The notes beneath the pieces are model-generated. The model was not told where the DNA came from and did not search any database. It saw only the letters and a list, made by a program, of their open reading frames with translations. From a virus (Duplodnaviria; Caudoviricetes), in the IMG/VR virus record IMGVR_UViG_3300029305_003961, positions 32,664-96,663 of that record: a DNA stretch of 64,000 nucleotides; one strand, written 5' to 3'. Below, piece after piece: positions 37,096-45,517 of the stretch (positions within the stretch are counted from its first letter, which is position 1; each line of letters begins with the position of its first letter). The translations under genes were made by a program, and so were the position numbers.

Positions 37096-38157
37096 TTATA
37101 CTGATTTGCCCTTAACACTACGGCAACATTTACAAATACTGTACCAGCCATCTTTACTAGTTTTATTAATCGAAAAATATTTATTATTGGCTAACTTAAT
37201 CTGCCCACAGCGACTACAACGCTTATATTTACCCTTGGCTTCCTTCATAAAATACCAATCCAAATATTGGTCCTCAGCAGCGGACGCAATAAGTTGGGGG
37301 ATTTTCTTGCGCCATAGGGAAGATATGTATTCAAGAGAGTGTTTAATACCAAATTCTTGCTATAAGGCTTCTTGAATATCTATATTCTACATTCCATCTA
37401 TTTTATATTCTACAATTTTCATATATAGGGGATAGTCCTTAAGAGCCATATCACAAATGGTTTCAAAATCATAGATTAAATACCAAGTATCACTTTCAAA
37501 ATTACCCCAACTATCTTGTTTTAATTTAGAATAATTACATAAAATTGCGGAACACACAGCCGGGTCAATCAAAGTAATGCCCTGGCCTACCGCACGACCT
37601 TCGTCGTTAACAGTAATTTCTCCATCAAGTGGAATAAAGTTTTTTGATGAACGCACCGCTTGCGTAAAAACGATAGGACCACGATATGCGTTTTTTATTA
37701 CATATTGGTCTTTACGCAAATCAATTAAAGTCTTTTTAATTATAAACGCATCACGACCGGACGCGGTTTGTAATTTCTTTTCCCAATATTCAATAGCCTC
37801 TCTTAACTATTTTAAATGTGGAATTTCTTCTATATCCTATTTTGTTATTGACACTTTTGGTTGAAAAATCTAATTTTTATCTTCAGTCATTATACTATAT
37901 ACGCCATCTTCGCCATTTTCAAACTGGGAAACAAGACCCTCAAAAGAAGTTTCACGCTTGTTAATCGTAACTAAACGATTATCGGTAAGAATACTGCGCT
38001 CCTTTTTTTCTTGTTTCTCCATACAAAGAATTAAATAATCAGCCAACACCTCTAGATAGCCCGGTTTTAATTCTTCATCACGGGGTTCATCTAAAATTTG
38101 CTAGACTAATTTATTTCGTTCTTCTGGAGATTCTAAAGAGTAATCTAATTTTATCAT
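37096..38157 (-). CDS. HTH-like plus C-terminal zinc-finger protein, 353 aa (about 6 TAG)
   Basis: MIKLDYSLESPEER...; ...IVEYKIDGM*NIDIQEAL*QEFGIKHSLEYISSLW...CSRCGQIK...ICKCCR; GGAGG SD and its own TTGACA/TATAAT promoter. Confidence 0.65.
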
Positions 38158-38290
38158 CTTATACCTCCAGGTTTTTGTTTCTTACAGGCTTATTATATCA
38201 GAATTTTTCCAGATTGTCAAATTTTTTTAGATTGACAATTTAAAAAAATTTTATTATAATAAAAATACTAAATAAAAGGAGAAGAATTTT

Positions 38291-38785
38291 ATGGGTGAAT
38301 TTATTAAGCGTTTGGGCAAAAGTCTTCAAACGCTATTGAATAAAATTTTTAAAAAGAAAAATTGGGTTTCGATTGAAGAGTTAGTTTCTAAAAAATTAGA
38401 AAGTCTTTTCGGAGACGGAGAATTGGAAAGCGCGCTAATAAAAATTCCAGTAAACGCAGAAATGTCAGAAAATTTCTTCAATATCCCTTTAACAATTCTG
38501 CCCAAACACATCAAAGTCAAAACGCTATTGGTAAGCCTAGCCGCAAATCAGCCATACGACTATCAAGCAGTTGACTTGTCGCAATATGAGGAGAGAGGCC
38601 TAGCGCATTTTATCGTCGGACGCACTACTGGATTCCAAGAGATTTTGGAGGAATTCCAGGAGGATAGAAAGTGGTTGGAGGAAGCGTTGCGGGACTCCGA
38701 AGAATCCGGTCTTTATAGCGTGTGTATAGGAGAGGCAACCCTCCTATACTATGAGGAATTGGGGATATGGGATATTTTATCGTGA
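38291..38785 (+). CDS. Hypothetical protein
   Basis: 164 aa; AAGGAG SD; divergent TTGACA..TATAAT promoter at ~38232-38260. Confidence 0.6.
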   Translation: MGEFIKRLGKSLQTLLNKIFKKKNWVSIEELVSKKLESLFGDGELESALIKIPVNAEMSENFFNIPLTILPKHIKVKTLLVSLAANQPYDYQAVDLSQYEERGLAHFIVGRTTGFQEILEEFQEDRKWLEEALRDSEESGLYSVCIGEATLLYYEELGIWDILS

Positions 38786-39052
38786 ATCCGAAATGGAAAA
38801 CCGTTTAGGAAGTTTTTTTACCAGACAATAAATAAATAAACAAAAAATAAAAGCAAACGCCCGAAATACACGCCCCCGGGTGTATCAAAAGATACTTCTA
38901 TTTTTTTAGTCAAATTACACAAAAACAAGACCACCACCCCCCGGTATTTTTGTGCAACATTACGGCTTGTAAAGCGTTTTTTATTGTGGTATCATATCTG
39001 TGTCAGGTGAAACACACCACGACAAAAACTTGATTGAAAGAGGTACTGCAAA

Positions 39053-39271
39053 ATGAAAGTTTACGAAAAAATCAAGAGCCAAGGTTTTACCACTTTGGAA
39101 ATGTTCGACCTTATCAAGGGAGAGGCAACATATTACATTGTTGACCAATCCACCGAAGAAGAAGCACATTATTTGTGCATCCGTGAAGGCGATAATACAT
39201 GGAGCTTCGATGCCTACAATTACAGCGAAGCCGTGAACACTTGCAAGGCTGATTTTATGGCTAGGGGTTAA
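39053..39271 (+). CDS. Small early protein
   Basis: GAGGT SD; first gene of the early block. Confidence 0.7.
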   Translation: MKVYEKIKSQGFTTLEMFDLIKGEATYYIVDQSTEEEAHYLCIREGDNTWSFDAYNYSEAVNTCKADFMARG

Positions 39272-39310
39272 ACCCTAGCCACCCAATAAAATGAAAGAGG
39301 TAAAAAAATT

Positions 39311-39529
39311 ATGATGTACGGCAACAACTCAAACGGATTTAGTTATTCCCCGGACCGCTCCCGTGATGTAAACCGCTTCAACCCTTCCACCCGTGGCAAT
39401 TACTCCACCGCATACGCCAACGCAAGCGGTAGCAAGGCAAGCGGATACTATTACACCGCCACGCCTACCTATTCCAAGCCCACCACACAAGGGCGGTATC
39501 TTGGGAATGGTCAATATGTGGAGGGTTGA
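39311..39529 (+). CDS. Small Tyr/Ser/Gly/Asn-rich early protein
   Basis: GAGGT SD; low-complexity composition. Confidence 0.6.
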   Translation: MMYGNNSNGFSYSPDRSRDVNRFNPSTRGNYSTAYANASGSKASGYYYTATPTYSKPTTQGRYLGNGQYVEG

Positions 39530-39532
39530 AAC

Positions 39533-39703
39533 ATGAAGAAAATTGTCAGCATCACAGACCTTTTCGGCGACCCCGTCGACCTTAGCATCTATGACATTAT
39601 CCACATAGGGACGGATTATGTGGTGGTCAAGTTCAAAAAGCATGGCTTCGTGCAAAGGTTCGCATCTTGCGACGGCTACACTGTCATTATTAGAGAGGAA
39701 TAA
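39533..39703 (+). CDS. Small early protein, 56 aa
   Basis: GGAGG SD; MKKIVSITDLFGDPVDL...; below the track length cut-off. Confidence 0.6.
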   Translation: MKKIVSITDLFGDPVDLSIYDIIHIGTDYVVVKFKKHGFVQRFASCDGYTVIIREE

Positions 39704-39748
39704 AGGGGCGGACTTCCGCCCCCCACCATAACAAGGAGGTTTGTATAT

Positions 39749-40027
39749 ATGGCACAAGACACCTTTTCCATTGAGTTCTTGGACACTTGCGAAATTGTCA
39801 CCGCCACACTTGGCAGTGAACACTTGCTTGATAAGGTAGAAGAAATCTTATACATACAGCAGGAATTAACTCCAAACGCCAACCGATGCAGTTGGGCATT
39901 TCCGTTTTTGCGTGGTGAACCTGTCCGCTTTACATACCACAAATGTGAATATGTTTGGGTATGGCTTATTGGCAATAAAGTCTATGTAGCAGACAGCCTG
40001 AACCAGTATTGGGCAATGCACAAATAA
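39749..40027 (+). CDS. Small early protein
   Basis: AAGGAGG SD. Confidence 0.7.
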   Translation: MAQDTFSIEFLDTCEIVTATLGSEHLLDKVEEILYIQQELTPNANRCSWAFPFLRGEPVRFTYHKCEYVWVWLIGNKVYVADSLNQYWAMHK

Positions 40028-40076
40028 AGCTATGGGGCAAATGCCCCATAGCCACACCATAACAAGGGGGATATAT

Positions 40077-40307
40077 ATGGTAGTTATACACATACAAGAA
40101 GTCAATAGTGACCAAGTGGTGGAAGTCACGGCAAAGGATATCAAGCACGCCATACTTGCCTATGCAGAGCATAATGCTTTTGACTGGCGTGATTTATATC
40201 ATTATACTATAACTGTTAATACTGCGGTTTTCTATTTCCACACGGAAAAGTTAACCATTACTAATCTATACGGCAACAGATACATTGCGGTATGGTCTAA
40301 TGTTTAA
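40077..40307 (+). CDS. Small early protein
   Basis: AAGGGGG SD; MVVIHIQE... Confidence 0.6.
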   Translation: MVVIHIQEVNSDQVVEVTAKDIKHAILAYAEHNAFDWRDLYHYTITVNTAVFYFHTEKLTITNLYGNRYIAVWSNV

Positions 40308-40319
40308 GGGGGTTTTCAT

Positions 40320-40487
40320 ATGGTAATCATACCAACCAATAGTGAAATAGTGGGGTTGTTTATACTGCTTATCTGTGCGGTTGCCTTTCTGTGCGTTGGT
40401 CTATTGCGTCATAGTCGGCGTAATGCTTATGCCTCTGATACTTGGACAGAAAGACATATTGATAAAAATGGACAGTATAGATATTAA
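40320..40487 (+). CDS. Small membrane protein, 55 aa
   Basis: MVIIPTNSEIVGLFILLICAVAFLCVGLL...; followed by a terminator-like hairpin. Confidence 0.55.
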   Translation: MVIIPTNSEIVGLFILLICAVAFLCVGLLRHSRRNAYASDTWTERHIDKNGQYRY

Positions 40488-40898
40488 GGAAAGGGCGGAC
40501 AAACCGCCCTTTCCTTTATAGGGCTCTATACCGGTTGCCTGCGCCCTTTAGGGTGTCATACTCCGCAGGCAGGAAACAAATGAAACCCTCAGACTAAACG
40601 AAAATAAAATGAAAATAAATGTATGGGGCTTGTATATCCCGAATTCATAGGGTTAATATGCGCGATTAAACCCTTGCCCGGAGCGTGGTCGGTGGCCACG
40701 CTCCGAATTTTAATACACCCGGCCCCGTGGTAAAAATTGAAAGTGTACGCGACCGGTGGACACTCTATATGATACGCCCGGAACCGTTGTCAAAAACTTT
40801 ATAAAAATTTTTTTAAAAAACCCTTGACAAGTTATATTGTCTATGATATAATAATACCATCAAGAGGGGATAAACCCCTAAAGAAAGGGATAGATTTT

Positions 40899-41099
40899 AT
40901 GATGATTTTGCGTTTCACTGATAACCATTGGCAATATACTATTGCTACCGCTTCCGCCATACGGCAATATCACATTCACGACTTGGGCGAAGAAGGATAT
41001 TTAGTCCTGGATAATTGCGGTAATCGTGTTTCCATTGAGGACACCCTGCCTTTGGCACAGATTTCCGCACACGAACACTTCAAAACGCGCAGCATTTAA
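40899..41099 (+). CDS. Small early protein
   Basis: Own promoter and AAAGGGA SD. Confidence 0.65.
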   Translation: MMILRFTDNHWQYTIATASAIRQYHIHDLGEEGYLVLDNCGNRVSIEDTLPLAQISAHEHFKTRSI

Positions 41100-41282
41100 T
41101 TATGGTCATCGTTCTGGGGCGTCCAGCCCCAGAATTTCACCCTCTTTAAACCTTCCATAAAATTTTGAAAGCAAATGAAAAATTTGTAAAAAGCATAAAA
41201 AATCCCGAAAAACTCCTTGACAAATTAGTTTTTTGATGTTATAATTAAGGTACAAAAAAGAGATATGAAAGAGGTAATCACT

Positions 41283-41426
41283 ATGAAGTATTTGGTCGAA
41301 ACAAAAATTGGTTGCGAAGTCCTTGATACCTATGAACTGGCAGAAATCTTCTGTTATGAACAGGGCATCCACCCGGAAGAAATCGTGGAAGTCACCGAAG
41401 AAGAAGCCGCAGAAATCTGCGGCTGA
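41283..41426 (+). CDS. Small acidic protein, 47 aa
   Basis: GAGGT SD; MKYLVETKIGCEVLDTYELAEIFCYEQGIHPEEIVEVTEEEAAEICG. Confidence 0.65.
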   Translation: MKYLVETKIGCEVLDTYELAEIFCYEQGIHPEEIVEVTEEEAAEICG

Positions 41427-41478
41427 TTCAAAAAACTATGCTACCCTCTTTAATCTTCCAATAGAAAGGAAAGTCAAT

Positions 41479-41625
41479 ATGTACGAGTTCCATATCCGCA
41501 ATACTCATACCAACGAAAAGAAAATCCTCTTCGGCTATACAGCAAATGATGCGTTCCGGCGCGCCGGCATCGTGAACACCGAACTCTGGGATTGGGAAGT
41601 CGAATTTTACGAATATGTTGATTAA
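41479..41625 (+). CDS. Small early protein, 48 aa
   Basis: AAAGGA SD; MYEFHIRNTH... Confidence 0.65.
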   Translation: MYEFHIRNTHTNEKKILFGYTANDAFRRAGIVNTELWDWEVEFYEYVD

Positions 41626-41790
41626 GGAGTGTCCTTCATACGAGGACACTCCCATATTTTTGAGCCTCGCGCCTACGGACCAGGCGCGAGGAGTTTAGCA
41701 TTTTAACTAGTTTTGGTAAAAAATCAAACCAATTTTTTGTATAATATTACCAGTTGACTTTTCCCGTATCTACTGGTATAATACAAGTAC

Positions 41791-42029
41791 AAGGTGAGGC
41801 GAGGAAAGCGGCCGACAGTGCGGCTTATGTGCGTTCAGCACGGGCGTCGATGCTCCCGTTCTCTGTGTGAAGAGTCTGGTTGTGAGTGGCGGACAAGTGC
41901 TTGAAAACTCTCCCCAGGTCGCCAGGGTGGTCAAGGGCGAACAGAAGCGGGCAATCTCGCAAACCCGCACCAATAGCCGCAATAATTTAACTAGGCGGAG
42001 CGTTTGGTGGTAGCGAACAACCACACCTC
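41791..42029 (+). ncRNA. Candidate ~240-nt structured RNA
   Basis: Follows a promoter, has no SD or ORF; closing AGGTG/CACCT, GCGGCT..GTGCG/CGCAC..AGCCGC and several inner helices. Confidence 0.55.
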
Positions 42030-42215
42030 TTTCGGGCTGCTCGCCTGCGGGGGTGGCGAGCAGAATTTATGATTTTTATACAATTTACATATTTTTCAAT
42101 CTAAAATTTTGTGCAAAATGACAACTTGACTTTTCCCGTATCTCGTGATATACTGGTATCATCAAGGAGGGGCAAGAGTCCCACCGCTATCATCTTTCTT
42201 TTGGAGGTATTCTCT

Positions 42216-42527
42216 ATGGCTAACATTACTATCAACAATACCTGTCCCTTCTGCCGTAAAACCCATTCTGTCGAGGTCGATTATCACTCTTATATCTCTT
42301 GGCAAAACGGCACCCTTATCCAGCGCGCAATGCCTGAACTGACTCCCACCGAGCGAGAGCAACTCATCAGCGGCATTTGTCCCAAGTGTCAGGAGTCCAT
42401 TTTTGGCTCCGACGAGGATGAGCCAGCGGACATTGACTCCGACGAGGATGAGGACTACGAGCCGGCGGACATTGACTCCGATATGGGATATGACCCATAT
42501 TCCGGGTGTATTACAGACGACTGCTAA
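42216..42527 (+). CDS. Zinc-finger protein with acidic repeated tail
   Basis: CPFC...CPKC; duplicated EPADIDSD; GGAGG SD. Confidence 0.7.
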   Translation: MANITINNTCPFCRKTHSVEVDYHSYISWQNGTLIQRAMPELTPTEREQLISGICPKCQESIFGSDEDEPADIDSDEDEDYEPADIDSDMGYDPYSGCITDDC

Positions 42528-42733
42528 GGCGGTCGTCTTTTTTGTTCGACTGCGCGTGGTCCATTGCCACGCGCAGAATTTACAAAATAAACAATTCCTG
42601 GCAATTTTTTTGTGCAAAATGACGAATAAAAAAACTTGACTTTTTTTCACAAAATGCTTGACAAATCCATTAGGCTATGATATACTAATATCACAAAGGG
42701 AGAGGAAATCTCCAAGAGAAAGGACAATGAATT

Positions 42734-43087
42734 ATGAAGTACATCACTAATCGCCGTATCAATGTTCGCACCATCCGCAACTTGGCCAATGATGAAGGCT
42801 TGACCCTTCGCAACGGCAAAATTGTACAGTATAAAACCGGTTGGCAAGTCGGCATCGCCGGCGTAGAATGTAAGACCCCGGAAGAGGTCAGCATTATTCT
42901 CCATAGGGGCCTGGGTCGTACCGGTAATATTGGCATCTGGTTCAGCAACGGGGTCTACTATGTGGACATTAGTAAGCGTATCTCCACCAAGCAAAACGCC
43001 CTGGCGGTTGGCCGGGTAATGAACCAGCAAAGCATTTACGGCTGGGCACCTCGGAAACAGGGGCAACTGGTATGGTGTGCGGAATAA
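42734..43087 (+). CDS. Hypothetical protein
   Basis: Promoter, SD and terminator form a complete cassette. Confidence 0.75.
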   Translation: MKYITNRRINVRTIRNLANDEGLTLRNGKIVQYKTGWQVGIAGVECKTPEEVSIILHRGLGRTGNIGIWFSNGVYYVDISKRISTKQNALAVGRVMNQQSIYGWAPRKQGQLVWCAE

Positions 43088-43432
43088 CCCCCAAGGGAAA
43101 CCTTGGGGTTTTCCTTTCGGCTGCGCGCCCACGAGTGAGGCGCGCAGAATTTCTATTATATCACGCCCTTGACAAAAAATCAATTCGCAATTTGTACAAA
43201 CTTTCGGCCGTATTTTCTCCCGTTTTTGTCTAATATTACACATTGACTTTTGGTGCGGTCTGTGGTATACTATCATTGTCAAGAGGGAATGACAGACGAG
43301 ATACCCCAGTTACAAGGGAGTCCACTTGGGGTACGCAACGGCCGAGCGAGTGGTGTTGGTTGAAAAAAAGTCCAAGAAAACTTTTGAAAACCCCTTGACA
43401 AACCGCCCAAATTGTGATACAATAAGGGCACA

Positions 43433-43509
43433 AAGGCAGATGGGATAGGCACGGTAAGCGGCTTGGGAAAGGCGGCAAGGCGGTTCGACTCCGTCCTAAC
43501 ATCTGTCTT
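43433..43509 (+). ncRNA. tRNA-mimic small RNA (T-arm plus long closing stem)
   Basis: AAGGCAGATG/CATCTGTCTT stem; GGCGG-TTCGACT-CCGTC T-arm; own promoter. Confidence 0.5.
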
Positions 43510-43596
43510 GGAGGGACAAGCCCCACCATTACCTCCAAAATTTTTTAAAAAGGGTCTTGACAAATCGCAAGGTTTGTGATATAATTAAGACACAAC

Positions 43597-43742
43597 AGGC
43601 GAGGGTAAGGCAACCGAGAGAACGGCAGACCCACGAGAGTCAGTAAGACCTCTACCCAATGACCCGACCGCAAGGTGTGTAGGTTTGCGGTATATAAGTG
43701 TGAACCAGTGCCGTTTTGCTGAAGGAATGACGGATTATGCCT
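43597..43742 (+). ncRNA. Candidate structured RNA ahead of tRNA genes
   Basis: AGGC/GCCT, GAACGGCA/TGCCGTTT and ACCGCAA/TTGCGGT helices; no ORF. Confidence 0.4.
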
Positions 43743-43756
43743 ACTACAAAGCAACT

Positions 43757-43829
43757 GTGATGGTAAGTTAATTGGGAAGCACCTGCTGACTTGTCGGTGG
43801 GATTGTGGGTTCGAGTCCCACCCATCACC
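43757..43829 (+). ncRNA. tRNA-like element without canonical anticodon loop
   Basis: Perfect acceptor stem GTGATGG/CCATCAC and T-arm GTGGG-TTCGAGT-CCCAC; aberrant D and anticodon arms. Confidence 0.6.
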
Positions 43830-43836
43830 CTGGTAT

Positions 43837-43912
43837 GACCGCTTAGCTCAGTTGGTAGAGCAACGGGCTTTTAATCCGTGGGCCGAGAGTTCGAGTCTCT
43901 CAGCGGTCACCA
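43837..43912 (+). tRNA. trnK: tRNA-Lys(UUU) with encoded CCA
   Basis: GACCGCT/AGCGGTC acceptor, GCTC/GAGC D-stem, ACGGG-CTTTTAA-TCCGT anticodon arm, GAGAG-TTCGAGT-CTCTC T-arm; 76 nt. Confidence 0.95.
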
Positions 43913-44132
43913 CTTCATGGTACTCCTTTCTCAAAACCCCTCTGTGTAAAAAGCAGAGGGGTTTTGAGCGTTTCGCTGTGGGCCGCAGCGAAACGAGTTT
44001 TAAATAATTATTCACTTTGGAGAAAAAATATTTTGAAACTTTTTTCAAAAAACCCCTTGACAAAATCCCGTAAGTGTGCTACTATATACTCACAGAGAGG
44101 GATGACCCTCCAAGAGAAAGGAAACGATAACT

Positions 44133-44309
44133 ATGAATAACTACCTTTGTGAAGACCTTGAAAACGGTGGCTACTTCTTCGTACAATGCGAAACCATCGA
44201 AGAGGCCGAAGCAATCCTTGAAGAAAATGGCTTCAACCTTGATGAAGTCGACTTCCTTGATGTGGTCGACGATGAAACCGCCGAAATTTACGGCTACGAT
44301 ACCTATTAA
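44133..44309 (+). CDS. Extremely acidic 58-aa protein
   Basis: AAAGGA SD; 18 D/E and no K/R. Confidence 0.7.
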   Translation: MNNYLCEDLENGGYFFVQCETIEEAEAILEENGFNLDEVDFLDVVDDETAEIYGYDTY

Positions 44310-44324
44310 GAGGAGGGCGCTAAA

Positions 44325-44468
44325 ATGTTGAAATTTATTTGCTTAATTCCCGACATTATTGGCTGGATTATGGTGGGCGTGGTTGCCGCCGGCCTGGCCG
44401 TCGCAATGGTAGTGCTTACCAAACTGTGCGTAAAAATTTGGAAAGAATTTCAAGAAGAAAACGCTTGA
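44325..44468 (+). CDS. Small membrane protein, 47 aa
   Basis: AGGAGG SD; one TM helix. Confidence 0.6.
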   Translation: MLKFICLIPDIIGWIMVGVVAAGLAVAMVVLTKLCVKIWKEFQEENA

Positions 44469-44525
44469 CAAATTTTCAAATCCGTGCTATAATACAAGTA
44501 CCAAATGAAAGAGAGGTTATAACCT

Positions 44526-44759
44526 ATGAAATTTTCTATGAGACCCTTTGCTATTAACCAGTTGACTTCCAAAGACTTCTGTGTCCTGTGCGATGCCGAG
44601 AATGTGGTCCGCCAGGTTCTCGACCACTATGGGGACGACCTCATCCTTGAGAACCCCAACACCGGCGAATGCCTTGACACTGCCGAACTGCGGCGGGTCT
44701 TGGGCATCCTGGACTTCCTTTCCACCACCCGGGTGGTCGAAGTCAAGGCTAAAAACTGA
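44526..44759 (+). CDS. Hypothetical protein
   Basis: Promoter, GAGGT SD and terminator. Confidence 0.7.
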   Translation: MKFSMRPFAINQLTSKDFCVLCDAENVVRQVLDHYGDDLILENPNTGECLDTAELRRVLGILDFLSTTRVVEVKAKN

Positions 44760-44946
44760 TACAGTTCTGCCCCCCTAGACCAGGGGGGCGGTTTTTTCAG
44801 CCTCTCGCACGCGGGCGATGCGAGAGGAATTTTGAAATATATACAACTTACCCAATTTTTACGCCCAATTTTTGTGTAAAATGCCAATAGACAAAAATCC
44901 CACAATGTGATACAATACCAGTACCAACAGAAAGGAGTAATTACTT

Positions 44947-45099
44947 ATGGCACCTACTATCTCTCAAATCATTTTCTTGGGCGTTCTCGCTCTTATCGGC
45001 TGGGCGTTCATCGGTTTGGTTCACCTGCCTTGGAACCCCAAGTATGACCCCAAGGGTGATGACCCCTACCGCTACTGCCCCAAGGAAGGAGATGAATGA
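44947..45099 (+). CDS. Small membrane protein, 50 aa
   Basis: AAGGAG SD; MAPTISQIIFLGVLALIGWAFIGLV... Confidence 0.6.
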   Translation: MAPTISQIIFLGVLALIGWAFIGLVHLPWNPKYDPKGDDPYRYCPKEGDE

Positions 45100-45302
45100 T
45101 AATGGAAATCGGATACAGCCACGAAACAATTATGATGAATATCGCCAAATGTCTTGGCAATATTCACGGCGAGTGTGAATGGGCGGCTCATTATCGTACT
45201 ACTGGCGAAATCGAAGATTTAGAAGATTGCGTCGCCAATATCAAGGCAAGCACCAACGAACTGGAAGAATGGGTGGCTTGCTTAAAAGCAGAGGAAATGT
45301 AA
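45096..45302 (+). CDS. Small acidic protein
   Basis: ATGA overlap with the upstream gene; AAGGAG SD. Confidence 0.6.
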   Translation: MIMEIGYSHETIMMNIAKCLGNIHGECEWAAHYRTTGEIEDLEDCVANIKASTNELEEWVACLKAEEM

Positions 45303-45364
45303 AAAGAGGGTTGACAAAACCCTCTTTTTATGTTATATTATTATTAGAAAGTGAGGTAATAAAA

Positions 45365-45517
45365 ATGGCAAAACAATCTAAAAAAATTGACCGCCGAATG
45401 TTCAAAAAAGAGGGCGAGGAACTTCAGCAGTACCTTGCGTTCCGCAAGCGTGGCTCTAGGGTGGAAAGCAAGAAACGCTACAACCGCCAAAAGATGAAAA
45501 GGGGTGATAATGAATGA
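45365..45517 (+). CDS. Basic 50-aa protein, weakly ArfA-like
   Basis: Own promoter, GAGGT SD; AFRKRGSRVESKKRYNRQKMK. Confidence 0.6.
   Translation: MAKQSKKIDRRMFKKEGEELQQYLAFRKRGSRVESKKRYNRQKMKRGDNE

Noticed and set aside
1438-37864. Plus-strand track ORFs overlapping the late genes
   Set aside because: Antisense shadows of the minus-strand structural genes.
1-38157. Mass pseudogenisation or sequencing errors in structural genes
   Set aside because: The breaks examined are TAG, fragments stay in frame and TAG falls at Gln-compatible sites; recoding explains this better.
41791-42029. RNase P RNA (GAGGAAAG near the 5' end)
   Set aside because: The following GTCC and the complementary 3' P4 strand are missing.
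43757-43912. Amber suppressor tRNA
   Set aside because: Neither element has a CTA anticodon; one is Lys(UUU), the other lacks an anticodon loop.
43913-43970. tRNA-associated HDV-like (theta) ribozyme
   Set aside because: The sequence after the tRNA is a short spacer and an ordinary terminator; no nested pseudoknot is visible.
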